64,000 nt of DNA from Acidobacteriota bacterium (GTDB taxonomy: Bacteria > Acidobacteriota > UBA890 > WLXD01): assembly GCA_965205505.1 (NCBI GenBank), contig CBDBHB010000009.1, positions 2,208,001 through 2,272,000 of the forward strand. The letters run 5' to 3'. Made by a program: the position numbers and the translations under genes. Positions within the stretch are counted from its first letter, which is position 1. Each line of letters opens with the position of its first letter. Positions 27,930 through 38,071 of the stretch are shown here, in pieces. The notes under the pieces are model-generated. The model was given only the letters and a program-made list of their open reading frames with translations. It was not told the origin of the DNA and ran no database searches.

Positions 27930-30800
27930 GTGAAACCGACTCGCTCGAATCTCTGGCTATCTGCCGCGGCCCTCCTGGTCGTGTCGATTCCGCTTCCTGC
28001 GCTGGCGCAGGGCCCGATCCCGCTTACGCCGCCGCCGGTGATCGCCGACCCCGAAGACGGCGCCACTGCGCCGCTCGAGGCGCCGATGCCTCTCGACCCG
28101 TTGATTACCGTCGGCGAGCTCGAGAACGGACTGCGGTACTGGATCCGCGAAAACAGCTACCCGGAAAAGCGCGCCGAACTGCGACTGGTGGTGCGCGTGG
28201 GCTCGATGCAAGAGGACGACGACCAGCTCGGCTTGGCCCATTTCGTCGAGCACATGGCATTCAACGGCACGAAGAACTTCCCGAAGATGGAGCTGGTGAA
28301 GGCCCTCGAGTCGTTCGGCATGCGTTTCGGTGCCCATGTGAACGCTTCGACATCGTTCGACGAGACGATCTATTTCTTGCGGATCCCCACCGATCGCCAG
28401 GACATCATCGATACTGCGTTCCAGATTCTCGAGGATTGGTCGCACAGCCTTGCCTTCGACGACGAGGAGATCGACAAAGAACGCGGTGTCGTAATCGAGG
28501 AATGGCGCCTGGGGCTAGGGGCCGGCTCGCGAGTCCGCGACCGCCAGCTGCCGGTGCTGTTTGCCGACTCTCGCTACACGGAGCGTCTGCCGATTGGCAA
28601 GGTCGAGGTGCTCGAGAGCTTTCCGTACGACGCGGCGCGGCGCTTCTACCGCGACTGGTACCGCCCCGACCTCATGGGAGTGATCGTCGTCGGTGACATC
28701 GATACCGAGACCGTCAAGGCGAAGATCGAGCAGCACTTCAGCGGCATCCCCCGAGTCGAGGCCGGCCGCGAGCGCGCCTATACGACGCTGTCCGACCACG
28801 ATGGAACGCAGTTTTCTATCGTCACCGATAAGGAGGCGACGAACTCGATCGTCGAGTTCTTCCAGCTGCAACCGCTCCGTCGCCAGGCGTACCATGGCTC
28901 TTATCGCCGCAGCATGGTGGAAGGGCTGTTCAGCCGCATGTTCAATCGCCGACTCACCGAACAGGCGCAGCAACCCAACCCGCCGTACCTGGGCGCCCGC
29001 GCCAGCCAGGACATCTTCATCCCCACCGCCGAAGCTTTCGTCATAAGCGCTGCCACGCCCGATGGTGGTGTGGCCGAGGGGCTGGGGGCGGCGTTCCGGG
29101 AGCTCGAGCGCGTCGCTCGCTACGGATTCGCGGAATCGGAGCTGGATCGCGAAAAGGCGCAGTTGCTGCGCATGTTCGAGCGCATCTACACCGAGCGCGA
29201 GGATCAGGAGTCCACACAGTTTGCCGAGGAGTTCACGCGCGCCTTCCTGGAAGGTGAGTCGACACCTGGAATCGACTACGAGTGGGCGTTGTACCAGCGC
29301 TTCATGCCCGGCATCACACTCGAGGACGTGAACGCCGTCGGTGAGCGCTGGATGCGCGAGAACAACCGCGTCGTGCTGGTGACGACACCCGAGAAGGAAG
29401 GTCTCGAGCTACCCACAGAAGAGGATTTGCTTGCGGCGATCGATCGAGCCGACCGCGGCCGCATCCGACGCTACGTCGACACCACCACCGACCGCCCGTT
29501 GCTCGCCGATATTCCAGACGCGGGCGAGATCGTCGAGGAGTCGACGGTGCCGGAGCTCGACCTGACCGTTTGGGAGCTTTCCAACGGTGCTCGTGTGGTG
29601 CTCAAGCCTACTGACTTCCGGCAGGATCAGATCCTGTTCCGCGGTTTCAGTCCTGGGGGAACCTCGCTCGCCGACGATGACGATTGGGTGGCCGCCTCGA
29701 GCGCCGTCCAGGTTGTGGCGGCCAGCGGCTTCGGTGGGCTGAGCGCACGCCAAATCACCAACATGATGTCCGACAAAGTGGTCAACGTGCGGCCGTTCGT
29801 TGGCCCGCTCGAAGAGGGCGTTGGAGGGTCGGCGTCGCCTCGCGACATCGAGTCGCTGCTACAGCTCGCCTACCTGACCTTTACGGAGCCACGCGCCGAC
29901 GACGGCATCTTCGACTTGATCCAGCAGCAGATGCGCGCCTCGCTGGCCAACCGCGACGTCAGCCCCGAGGTTGCTTTTCAGGAGACCTTGCAACGCACGC
30001 TCAGTCGCGACCACCCGCGCCGCCGGCCGATCTCTGTCGAGTTGCTGAACGAGATGGACCTTGGCAAGTCCTTCGACTTCTATATGGACCGGTTTGCCGA
30101 TGCCAGCGACTTCACGTTCGTGTTTGTTGGCAACATCGACATCGAGGCGCTGCGCCCGCTGGTGGCCACGTACCTGGCGAGCCTGCCGGACATCGACCGT
30201 GACGAGACCTGGCGAGACGAAGGTGTCGTCCCACCCGAGGGCGTGATTCGCAAGGAAGTGCGTCGCGGTGTCGAGCCCAAGAGCCTGACCTCGGTGGTGT
30301 TCTCCGGCGGCCTGGAATACGAAAGCCCCGAGGAGAACGCGCTCGGCGCCATGGCCGAGGTGCTGCAGACACGCCTGCGCGAGGTGATGCGCGAGGAGCT
30401 CGGCGGTACCTACGGCGTACGCGTCGAGGCTTCGGCGGACAATCGTCCGACCGAGCAGTACTCGATCTCGATCACCTTCGGATCGGACCCGGATCGTGCC
30501 GCGGAGCTCACCGGCGTCCTCTTCGAGCAGATCGAACGCCTGCGTACTACCGCGCCCGAGGAGCAGGAGCTCCGCAACGTGCTCGAGGGCTTCCGTCGCC
30601 AGTATGAGCTGTCGCTCAAAGAGAACGGGTTCTGGCTCGGGCAGCTGGTGAACTCCTATCGACACGCCAAGGACCCGCTGGAGATCCTCGAGTACGAGGA
30701 GACCCTCGAGAAGATCACGCCGGAGACCGTTCGGAACTCGGCGGCGCTCTACTTCGATCTCGACAACTATGTGCAGGTGTCGCTCCTCCCGGTAGAGTAA
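27930..30800 (+). CDS. M16 family zinc protease (PqqL/insulinase-like)
   Basis: GLAHFVEHMAFNG inverted zinc motif, signal peptide and LREELGGTY. Confidence 0.92.
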   Translation: MKPTRSNLWLSAAALLVVSIPLPALAQGPIPLTPPPVIADPEDGATAPLEAPMPLDPLITVGELENGLRYWIRENSYPEKRAELRLVVRVGSMQEDDDQLGLAHFVEHMAFNGTKNFPKMELVKALESFGMRFGAHVNASTSFDETIYFLRIPTDRQDIIDTAFQILEDWSHSLAFDDEEIDKERGVVIEEWRLGLGAGSRVRDRQLPVLFADSRYTERLPIGKVEVLESFPYDAARRFYRDWYRPDLMGVIVVGDIDTETVKAKIEQHFSGIPRVEAGRERAYTTLSDHDGTQFSIVTDKEATNSIVEFFQLQPLRRQAYHGSYRRSMVEGLFSRMFNRRLTEQAQQPNPPYLGARASQDIFIPTAEAFVISAATPDGGVAEGLGAAFRELERVARYGFAESELDREKAQLLRMFERIYTEREDQESTQFAEEFTRAFLEGESTPGIDYEWALYQRFMPGITLEDVNAVGERWMRENNRVVLVTTPEKEGLELPTEEDLLAAIDRADRGRIRRYVDTTTDRPLLADIPDAGEIVEESTVPELDLTVWELSNGARVVLKPTDFRQDQILFRGFSPGGTSLADDDDWVAASSAVQVVAASGFGGLSARQITNMMSDKVVNVRPFVGPLEEGVGGSASPRDIESLLQLAYLTFTEPRADDGIFDLIQQQMRASLANRDVSPEVAFQETLQRTLSRDHPRRRPISVELLNEMDLGKSFDFYMDRFADASDFTFVFVGNIDIEALRPLVATYLASLPDIDRDETWRDEGVVPPEGVIRKEVRRGVEPKSLTSVVFSGGLEYESPEENALGAMAEVLQTRLREVMREELGGTYGVRVEASADNRPTEQYSISITFGSDPDRAAELTGVLFEQIERLRTTAPEEQELRNVLEGFRRQYELSLKENGFWLGQLVNSYRHAKDPLEILEYEETLEKITPETVRNSAALYFDLDNYVQVSLLPVE

Positions 30801-30952
30801 TCTTCGGCTCGCGGTCGTCGCACTGGGGTGAGAGTTACCCTGGACGCCCCCGCCCCAGGAGCGTCTTTGGCTGCTGATCGATCGCAGTGGCGTGCGGCGT
30901 TTTCGGCAGGCCGTTCGGCGGACGCTGCGCTTGCTTGTTCGGTGTCGAGTGC

Positions 30953-31062
30953 ACTTTTTTGAATACTAAAAGTCACTAATTATTATCAGTACTGGTTAAT
31001 AAATGCATAAACAGTTTATTTATTATCCAGACATCTTGGAAATCTCTTATAATCCTCATTAA
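30953..31062. promoter_or_regulatory. AT-rich regulatory region
   Basis: About 110 bp of strongly AT-rich DNA in a GC-rich background, with the palindrome ATAAACAGTTTAT and TATAAT near 31048. Confidence 0.5.
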
Positions 31063-31084
31063 GCTTCCCGGAACCCTACTTCCC

Positions 31085-32182
31085 ATGAAAGCCTTTCAGG
31101 AGGCTGCTCGAATGCCGAGCGCGACTTGTCGTGTTCCAGCCGTCTTCCTTGGCCTACTGCTCGTGGTGATCGCAGTAGCGCCCGCCGGCGCGGCGCGCCC
31201 CGGCCCACCGCCCACAGTGGTGACCCGCGTTGTCGAGCTGGGCCCCCTGAAGATCGATGGCATCTATCACTCGATGGAGGGAGTGTTCCAGCGCGCCATC
31301 CTCGACACCGCCGATATCGGCTGGATCACTGCCTTTCGTACCGAGGTCGTCGACGCGGCGACCGGTGTTCTGCTCGGCGATAAGTATTTCTGTCATTCAC
31401 AGATCCAGCTCGCCACCGGGGCACGACTGATGGTCGCGGCGTCGGGGATTCCGGCGCTGCAGCTACCGAGCGGATTCGGCATCCCATTGCAGCAGATCCT
31501 CGGTGACCTCGAAGAGCCGTGGCGTGGCGTCTCGCTGCTGGGGATGGTGCTCAACAACCACAATCGCGACCTCGACGTCGACGTGAACGTCCGCTTCCTG
31601 GTGGACTACGTTGCCGCCAGCGAACCGAATGCTGCCGAGAACATCCAAAAGCTGTACCGGGCCAGCGTCACCGTGCTCCCTGATCGAGGGGTGACGGTGC
31701 TTGCCGGCGATCCGCTCGCGCCGAGTGAGATTCCCGCCAACGCTCACGGCAAGACCGGGCACTGGATGGTGCCGCCGGGTGAGCAGGTCATTCGCCAGCA
31801 GCACACCAAGCTGGTACCAGGGCCGACGCGTGTGCACTACGGTGTGGCGCACATGCACAACTACGGCAGCTCGTTGAAGCTCACCGACGTTACAGAGGGG
31901 CGCGTGCTCTGGGAGACGCGAGTGGCGTACGACCCCGATGCCGAGTACGCGCGTATCGCCCGGATCCCGGTGTATTCCAGCGACGCAGGGTTCGTGATGT
32001 ACCCGGATCACACTTATGAGATCGAGTCGGTATACGACAACCGCACTGATGCGCCGGTCGACGCTATGGCGGTGATGTACCTATACCACCATCCAGTCAG
32101 CGGTCAGAACATGACCTATCCGCCGGCCCCAGGCGCAACGCCGCCGACCGGGACGGGTCCGCCGAATGGGCATCACCACTGA
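31085..32182 (+). CDS. Secreted hypothetical protein with a possible copper monooxygenase (PHM/DBH-like) C-terminal domain
   Basis: Signal peptide, HWMVPPG, AHMHNYG (HxH) and YDN...DAMAVMYLY. Confidence 0.6.
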   Translation: MKAFQEAARMPSATCRVPAVFLGLLLVVIAVAPAGAARPGPPPTVVTRVVELGPLKIDGIYHSMEGVFQRAILDTADIGWITAFRTEVVDAATGVLLGDKYFCHSQIQLATGARLMVAASGIPALQLPSGFGIPLQQILGDLEEPWRGVSLLGMVLNNHNRDLDVDVNVRFLVDYVAASEPNAAENIQKLYRASVTVLPDRGVTVLAGDPLAPSEIPANAHGKTGHWMVPPGEQVIRQQHTKLVPGPTRVHYGVAHMHNYGSSLKLTDVTEGRVLWETRVAYDPDAEYARIARIPVYSSDAGFVMYPDHTYEIESVYDNRTDAPVDAMAVMYLYHHPVSGQNMTYPPAPGATPPTGTGPPNGHHH

Positions 32183-32388
32183 CCGCCCGCCGATCGTTAC
32201 CGTCGGGACGCACAGGGTTTGTGTGGTGTTGCCGGCCTTCAACGCCGCGAGCACGCTGAAAGCGCAACGATCAATGGCCCGACATCCACATCAGCGACGG
32301 GCCCTGATCTCCCGAGAAGCGCACCGGTAGCCGATATTCCGGAATGTGGGATGGGTCAGCGATGATCCGAGCCGCCGGAGACGCGGTC

Positions 32389-33558
32389 TTATTCGCGTCG
32401 CCGGGAAAACCGCAGCACGTCGCCGCTGGCCCGTTCCTTGCGGAACCCGAGCAAGTGAAACATCTCGACGACGAGCCATCGGGCGACGCGCCGATCGACG
32501 ATCAGTGTCTCGATCTGGTCTGGGTCGCGATGTACACCCGGCAACAAGGAGGCGAGTCGGTCGAGCCGCAGGGTGCGCATCCACGCCGACAGCTCGAGCC
32601 AGAAAGGTCGCACCTTGCGCATCAGGAAGAAGCCATCGTCGCCCAGTCCTTGATACAGAGGCAGGAGCAAGCGAGCTTTTTCGGCGATGCGGATCTCGCC
32701 CTTGTCGTCGCTCGCCACCAGCTCGCCGGCGCTGACGGTGGCGAAGTTCGCGTAGCCCGGACCCATGCAAAAGCCATCGTGAGCCATGATCGCGTGGCGA
32801 TGGCGCACCTCCAGCACCGACGGCAGGTTGCCGGCGGCCTCGTGCAGCGCATCGAAGTGAGGTTGAAAGCCGCTGGCTGCCGACTGTGACAGGCAACCCG
32901 CATTGACGAGGGCCAGGGTCAGGAACGCCTCGTGATAAACGATCGACTGCTGCCGGTCGTGCTGACCTGCCTCTACACCGACGGTGATGTGGCCGAGGTT
33001 GTTCATGTATTCCAGCAGCGCGCCGTCCACCTGTTCTTCGAGGCCGAGGATCACCGGCACCGGGAACCTCTGCGCGAAACGTCGGTTCCGGATGGTGTCG
33101 CCAATGCAGACGAACGGCTCGCCCGGTGCGGAGCTGGTGTGTAGGTCGAGAAAGACGACGGGGCCGGCAGCGCGTGCCAACTCCCGTTCGAGCGCCTCGA
33201 GAAGCTCGGCCTGCTGCGATTCTTCGACGGTTCGGGCGCTGAAGTCCGGTGCTCTCACCCTGGCCACACGCTCGAGAGACCAGATGCGGTTGAAGTCCTC
33301 TTCAACGAAGCGCTGGCCGAGCTCGTAGGCGGCGAGGTTGCCGGACAGCCCGACGAAACGGCCATGCAGCTTGGCGCCGTTGTCTTCCAGGCGCGCCAGC
33401 ACGTTGCGGAACGCCACCACGCCGGCGGGCTCGTTGCCGTGAATCACCGCGGCGACCACGATGGTGGGACCCGCGATGCCTCGATCGTACGCTCCCAGAA
33501 CACGCTCGAGCTTGGTTGCAACGGCGTTCTCGGGCACGGTGCTCGACGGAGTCCTCAT
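32389..33558 (-). CDS. Succinylglutamate desuccinylase / aspartoacylase family protein
   Basis: IHGNEPAG, DFNR, FLDLHT and VEAGQH motifs. Confidence 0.85.
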   Translation of the reverse strand: MRTPSSTVPENAVATKLERVLGAYDRGIAGPTIVVAAVIHGNEPAGVVAFRNVLARLEDNGAKLHGRFVGLSGNLAAYELGQRFVEEDFNRIWSLERVARVRAPDFSARTVEESQQAELLEALERELARAAGPVVFLDLHTSSAPGEPFVCIGDTIRNRRFAQRFPVPVILGLEEQVDGALLEYMNNLGHITVGVEAGQHDRQQSIVYHEAFLTLALVNAGCLSQSAASGFQPHFDALHEAAGNLPSVLEVRHRHAIMAHDGFCMGPGYANFATVSAGELVASDDKGEIRIAEKARLLLPLYQGLGDDGFFLMRKVRPFWLELSAWMRTLRLDRLASLLPGVHRDPDQIETLIVDRRVARWLVVEMFHLLGFRKERASGDVLRFSRRRE

Positions 33559-33662
33559 CGCATGGGAGGGTTGCGAGGTGTCAGCGCGTTCGGCAGTGGC
33601 GGTGGCGCTCAGACAGACCCTCGCTGCATCGGGAGGCATTCGGCGAACCGCCGCGTCGGAGT

Positions 33663-35219
33663 CTACACGGGTGAGCCGGGTGCAGTGATTGGCGGTGTCC
33701 GCACCCAGTCCGTTGTGCCCTCGAACTCGATGCCGGCGAGCAACACGTTGCCGTCGTCGCCGGCGCGACCGGCGATCTGCAGACCGATCGGCAACCCCCG
33801 GTCGAAGCCGCACGGAAGCGAGACTGCCGGAAGTCCGGTGAGGTTGAATACGCGGGTGAATCGGGTGAGCGCGGCTCGTACATCGACGACCCCATCGGGC
33901 AGCTCGACCGCCTCCGCTTCGAGCGGCGGCGCGATCATGGGCAGGGTAGGGCAGAGGAGCAGATCGACCTCTCCAAGCATGCGCTCGAGTTGGTGGCTGA
34001 GTAGCCGCCGCACGCCCAACGCCTGTGCGTAGCGGGCCGCCGGCAAGGCATCGGCCAAACTCAGGAAGCGGCGCGTCTGCTCCTCGTACTGCGTCGGAGC
34101 GGCGCGCAGCGCGGCGCCATGGACGACTCCCCCCTCTGCCAAGAAGATCGCGGTAGCGGCGGCATGCACGAAGCGCCACGCCTCCGGCAACGGCACGACG
34201 CATCGGCGGGCGCCCAAGCGCTCGAGTGTTACTGCGGCTTCGCGCACGGCTGCGGCGACGGCTGGCTGCGATTGGTCGCAGAGCTCGTCGAAGATCGCGA
34301 AGCGGCTCTCGGACAGTGGGCGGGCCGGCGCGGTAGCCGCAGGCGAGTCGAGCATCACGGCAAGCAGTACCGCGAGGTCTTCGCTACGGCGCGCCAAAGC
34401 GCCTACGTGATCGAGCGTCCAGGAAAACGGAAGCACGCCGCGGCGGCTGACCCGGTCGTAGCTCGGTTTGATGCCGGCAAGGCCGCAGCATGCCGCTGGG
34501 ATGCGAATCGAACCTCCGGTGTCGGTGCCGGTGGCGGCCGCCACCATGCCGGCAGCAACGGCGACGGCAGAGCCGCAGCTACTTCCTCCAGCAATGCGGC
34601 TCGTGTCCCAGGGGTTCAGCGTTGCACCCGCCGCCGAGACGGTACCGGTGACGCCGGTGGCGTACTCATGAGTGTTGGCCTTGCCGAGCAGCAAGGTGCC
34701 GGCCTCCGAGAGTCGACGAACGACCGTCGCGTCGGCGTCGGGGATCCAGCCGGCGAGCCGGCGCGACCCCGCCGACGTGGCGATGCCGGCCGTCATCAGG
34801 ATGTCCTTGTGCGCGATCGGCACTCCGGCAAGAACGGGCAGCTCGCCGTCGACCGACGACTCCAGGTGCGCCGCATCGGCGCGAGCCCGTTCCTCGGTGA
34901 TCGTGACGAAGGCATTCAGCTGTGGCTCGAGCCGGGCGATCCGCTCGAGGCAACGGTCGACGATCGTACTGGGGGCGATGTGCCCGGCGGCCACGCGACG
35001 GGCGATCGCGGCGATGCTCTCGTCGAACGACTTCGGCGCGTTCTCGATGTTCGCCGCGGGCGGCAGCGGAGCGCTACCGAAAGTCGCTTTTGGCGGCGTC
35101 GGAAATAGATCTAGCTCGGTATGCTCGACCTCGTCGAGGATCGACAGTGACTGCAGCGGTGAGGCGGCCGAGTTGGATGCTGTGCTCGCCTTGCCGCAGT
35201 ATCGTCGATTATGAGCCAC
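33663..35219 (-). CDS. Amidase-signature family amidase
   Basis: HKD, GKANTHE, GGSSCGS and GTDTGGSIRIPA. Start uncertain. Confidence 0.88.
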   Translation of the reverse strand: MAHNRRYCGKASTASNSAASPLQSLSILDEVEHTELDLFPTPPKATFGSAPLPPAANIENAPKSFDESIAAIARRVAAGHIAPSTIVDRCLERIARLEPQLNAFVTITEERARADAAHLESSVDGELPVLAGVPIAHKDILMTAGIATSAGSRRLAGWIPDADATVVRRLSEAGTLLLGKANTHEYATGVTGTVSAAGATLNPWDTSRIAGGSSCGSAVAVAAGMVAAATGTDTGGSIRIPAACCGLAGIKPSYDRVSRRGVLPFSWTLDHVGALARRSEDLAVLLAVMLDSPAATAPARPLSESRFAIFDELCDQSQPAVAAAVREAAVTLERLGARRCVVPLPEAWRFVHAAATAIFLAEGGVVHGAALRAAPTQYEEQTRRFLSLADALPAARYAQALGVRRLLSHQLERMLGEVDLLLCPTLPMIAPPLEAEAVELPDGVVDVRAALTRFTRVFNLTGLPAVSLPCGFDRGLPIGLQIAGRAGDDGNVLLAGIEFEGTTDWVRTPPITAPGSPV

Positions 35220-35301
35220 GCCGCGTCGGTCCTTCCGGGGTCATGTTGCAACCCCTTCCGCTACAATCAGTCGTCTGCTGCTGCCCGCGCGCCATGATGC
35301 C

Positions 35302-36486
35302 ATGACCGACGACCTCTACATTCGCGACGCTAGCTCGCTAGCGCAATTCGCGGAGCGGCTTCGGGGTGTAAGCTCGCTGGCGGTCGACACCGAGTTCATC
35401 CGCGAGCGCACCTACTATCCGAGGCTGTGTCTCATTCAGCTCGCGGCTCCCGGCCTGCTGGCGGTCGTGGATCCGCTGGCTGTCGATGATCTCGGGCCGC
35501 TGTGGCGCGTGCTCACCGCAGGACCGGAGCTCGTGCTGCATGCGGCCGGACAGGATCTGGAAATCATGCAACGGCTTGCCGGGCGGTTACCCGCGAGTCA
35601 CTTCGACACCCAGGTTGCGGCCGCGTTCCTCGGGTACGGCGACAGCATCAGCCATGCCAAGCTCATCGAACGAGTCGTCCGGGTCACCCTGAAACGCTCC
35701 GAAGCTTACACGGACTGGGCGCGGCGGCCGCTTTCGGATGAGCAGACCGAATATGCCCTCGACGATGTGCGCTACTTGCTCGAGTGCGCCGAGACGTTGC
35801 GTACGCAACTGGCGGAACGCAACCGGCGAACTTGGGTGGAGGAGGAGCTCGAGAGGGTGATGCGTGGCGTCAACGCCAGCCCGGATCCAGATCAGATGTG
35901 GCGTCGCGTGTCGGGTGCGAGATCGCTGACGGGCCGCGGACTTGCGATTCTCGCCCGTGCCGCCGCGTGGCGAGAACGCGAGGCGGTGCGCCGCGACATT
36001 CCGCGGCAGCGGGTGGTGGCTGACCGGGTGCTGATCGAGATCGCCCGTCGCGCCCCGAAACGGCAGGCCCAGGTCGAACGCCTGCGTGGGCTGCACCCGC
36101 GCGAGGCGCAACGGTCCGCGGCGACGATCGTCGCATTGGTTCGCGAGGCCCTGGAGTCGGACCCCACCACCTGGCCGGAGGCTCGTAAGCCGCGGCCCCG
36201 CGGCGGAGAGCAAACAGTCGAGATTCTGGCCTCGCTTCTGGATGCCGTGGTCCGCACCCGTGCCGCCGAGCTGGAGTTGGCTCCGCGATTGCTGGCCAAG
36301 CGAGCCGACTTGGAGCGGCTCGTGCGCCAGGAAATCGACGCCGACGCCAAGCAAGACGGCATCCCGGTTCTCGCGGGTTGGCGGCGCGAGAACGTCGGTG
36401 AACAGTTGCTGGCGTTGCTGCGCGGCGAGGCTCAGGTCAGTGTGGAACCAACCCAAGAAGGGTTGCGTCTGCGCCTCGAGAGCTAG
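35302..36486 (+). CDS. rnd: Ribonuclease D
   Basis: AVDTEFIRERTYYPRLCLIQ, FDTQVAA, TDWARRPLS, YALDDV and an HRDC region. Confidence 0.92.
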   Translation: MTDDLYIRDASSLAQFAERLRGVSSLAVDTEFIRERTYYPRLCLIQLAAPGLLAVVDPLAVDDLGPLWRVLTAGPELVLHAAGQDLEIMQRLAGRLPASHFDTQVAAAFLGYGDSISHAKLIERVVRVTLKRSEAYTDWARRPLSDEQTEYALDDVRYLLECAETLRTQLAERNRRTWVEEELERVMRGVNASPDPDQMWRRVSGARSLTGRGLAILARAAAWREREAVRRDIPRQRVVADRVLIEIARRAPKRQAQVERLRGLHPREAQRSAATIVALVREALESDPTTWPEARKPRPRGGEQTVEILASLLDAVVRTRAAELELAPRLLAKRADLERLVRQEIDADAKQDGIPVLAGWRRENVGEQLLALLRGEAQVSVEPTQEGLRLRLES

Positions 36487-36807
36487 TGTCCTGAGTCAGA
36501 AATCCGTTGCATATTGTGGCGCGCGCCACCGAGTCGAATCCAAGGAGGCCCGACGACGGCGATGCCATGCGTATCGCAGAGGAGGGCCGACGCCGGAGGC
36601 GGCCGGCGTCGCGGCCACCCGGAGGGCTGGGTCGATATGGGGGCAATCTCAGCGTTGCGATTCGTCGACGATGGCCACCGCATCGCCATCCTCATCGCGC
36701 CTTGAGCTTGCCCCCATCTCGACCCAGCAATATGTAACGAACCTCTGTTACAGGACACAGCAGGCCGTGGTGGAACTGTGGCGGGCCTGGTTACGGCTCG
36801 TGACGCC

Positions 36808-38061
36808 CTACTGGCCTCGCGGCTTGGCCGTGCGAGTCCCACCGGACCGGCCGCTGCTGCGCCCGCCAGGACTGACGGAACCTTTCGATCCGCCGGAACG
36901 ACCACCGGAGCCCATCGAGCCTCCTGACCGTCTACCGCGCCCGCCGAAGATATTGCGGAAACCGCCGGGGGCGTTGTTGCTCAGTCCGACCCGAGCGTAG
37001 CCGCGGCCGGCGATGACGCGCCCGCCGTGGCGACCAATGTTTCGTCCGGGATAGAACTGCGAGCCGCCCGGGTAGTACCCGTACCCATAGCCGGTCCCAT
37101 ACCCGGTCCCATACCCATACCCATACCCATACCCGTAGCCGTAGTAGGAGCCGAAGCCGAACGGTGCGAACGCCGGACTCCAGTACCCGTAGCCGTACAC
37201 CGGGTAGTAGCCCGAGCGCCGCCGCCGACCTTCTTCCGTGTTCTCCTCACCATCAACGAGGAAGTAGTCGGGAAACGACAACGCCACCATGACATCGATC
37301 ACCGGTGCCGGGACGTCGGTTTCTGCCAGCCGCATCAGCAGCGAGGAATCCATGTCGAAGCCGGCGTTGGTTTCGATCAACGCTGCTTCGACCGCCGCGG
37401 CGTCGATAATGGCAACCGCCTCGATCACGTCGTCCACGTCGAACGGTGACGCCGCGGTCGATTGGCTGCCGGCGGTGGCCATGGCGTAGGAATCGAGGCC
37501 GAAGCGCGTCACGCTCCTGCCGGTCTCGTCGGCCACTCGCCGGTAGCGACGCACGAGGACCTCACGCTCGCCTTCGGCGTCGATCACCTGCACGTCAACC
37601 CAGCGGTTCGGCGTCGCCAGCAGCGATATCCCCGAGGCCTGGCGTGCCATCCCGTCCTCGCACTGCAGCGAGGCGAGGTTGAACAGCCGCTGGCGGTCGG
37701 CGGAGAACAGGGTGCGCTCGCTGCCGGTGCAACTGCCGTCGTCGACCGGACGGGCGGTGCCGTCGCCGTACACGGTGCGCGTATCGGCCAGCTCGCCGTC
37801 GATCAGGGTGGTGACTACGGCCGTTCGCGGCTCGGGGCCCGACTCCAGGCACACCATGCGCTCGCCGTCAGCGGAGCCGACGCCCCGGTCGTCCAGGCCG
37901 TTGATCAACTTCCAGCAACCGCTCCAAGCGGCCCACCCGTCGATCGGTGCGCTCGTCGCTTCCTGCGCCATTGCCGCAGCAGGTGCAAGCGCAATCAGGA
38001 CGGCGCCGGCAACGCACATCAAGCCTCGTAGCATCCGCTGCGATCGTTTCTTTTCCCGCAT
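36808..38061 (-). CDS. Secreted hypothetical protein with Gly/Tyr- and Gly/Arg/Ser-rich tail
   Basis: RBS, signal peptide, WAAWSGCW and a low-complexity C-terminus. Confidence 0.75.
   Translation of the reverse strand: MREKKRSQRMLRGLMCVAGAVLIALAPAAAMAQEATSAPIDGWAAWSGCWKLINGLDDRGVGSADGERMVCLESGPEPRTAVVTTLIDGELADTRTVYGDGTARPVDDGSCTGSERTLFSADRQRLFNLASLQCEDGMARQASGISLLATPNRWVDVQVIDAEGEREVLVRRYRRVADETGRSVTRFGLDSYAMATAGSQSTAASPFDVDDVIEAVAIIDAAAVEAALIETNAGFDMDSSLLMRLAETDVPAPVIDVMVALSFPDYFLVDGEENTEEGRRRRSGYYPVYGYGYWSPAFAPFGFGSYYGYGYGYGYGYGTGYGTGYGYGYYPGGSQFYPGRNIGRHGGRVIAGRGYARVGLSNNAPGGFRNIFGGRGRRSGGSMGSGGRSGGSKGSVSPGGRSSGRSGGTRTAKPRGQ
37075..37146. repeat. Hexamer tandem repeat (CCCATA/CCCGTA)n encoding (GY)n
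   Basis: cccata cccata cccata cccata cccgta is directly visible. Confidence 0.7.
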
Positions 38062-38071
38062 GACCCCTCCC

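Noticed and set aside
31000-31030. dif site or oriC
   Set aside because: GCATAA...TTAT gives only a weak XerD arm with the wrong spacing. There is one mismatched DnaA-box-like 9-mer (TTATCCAGA) and no replication genes nearby.
32389-34203. 604-aa version of the desuccinylase and similar 5' extensions (49714, 54050, 43920-44810)
   Set aside because: The extensions overlap other genes, a tRNA or IS debris. Downstream starts fit better.
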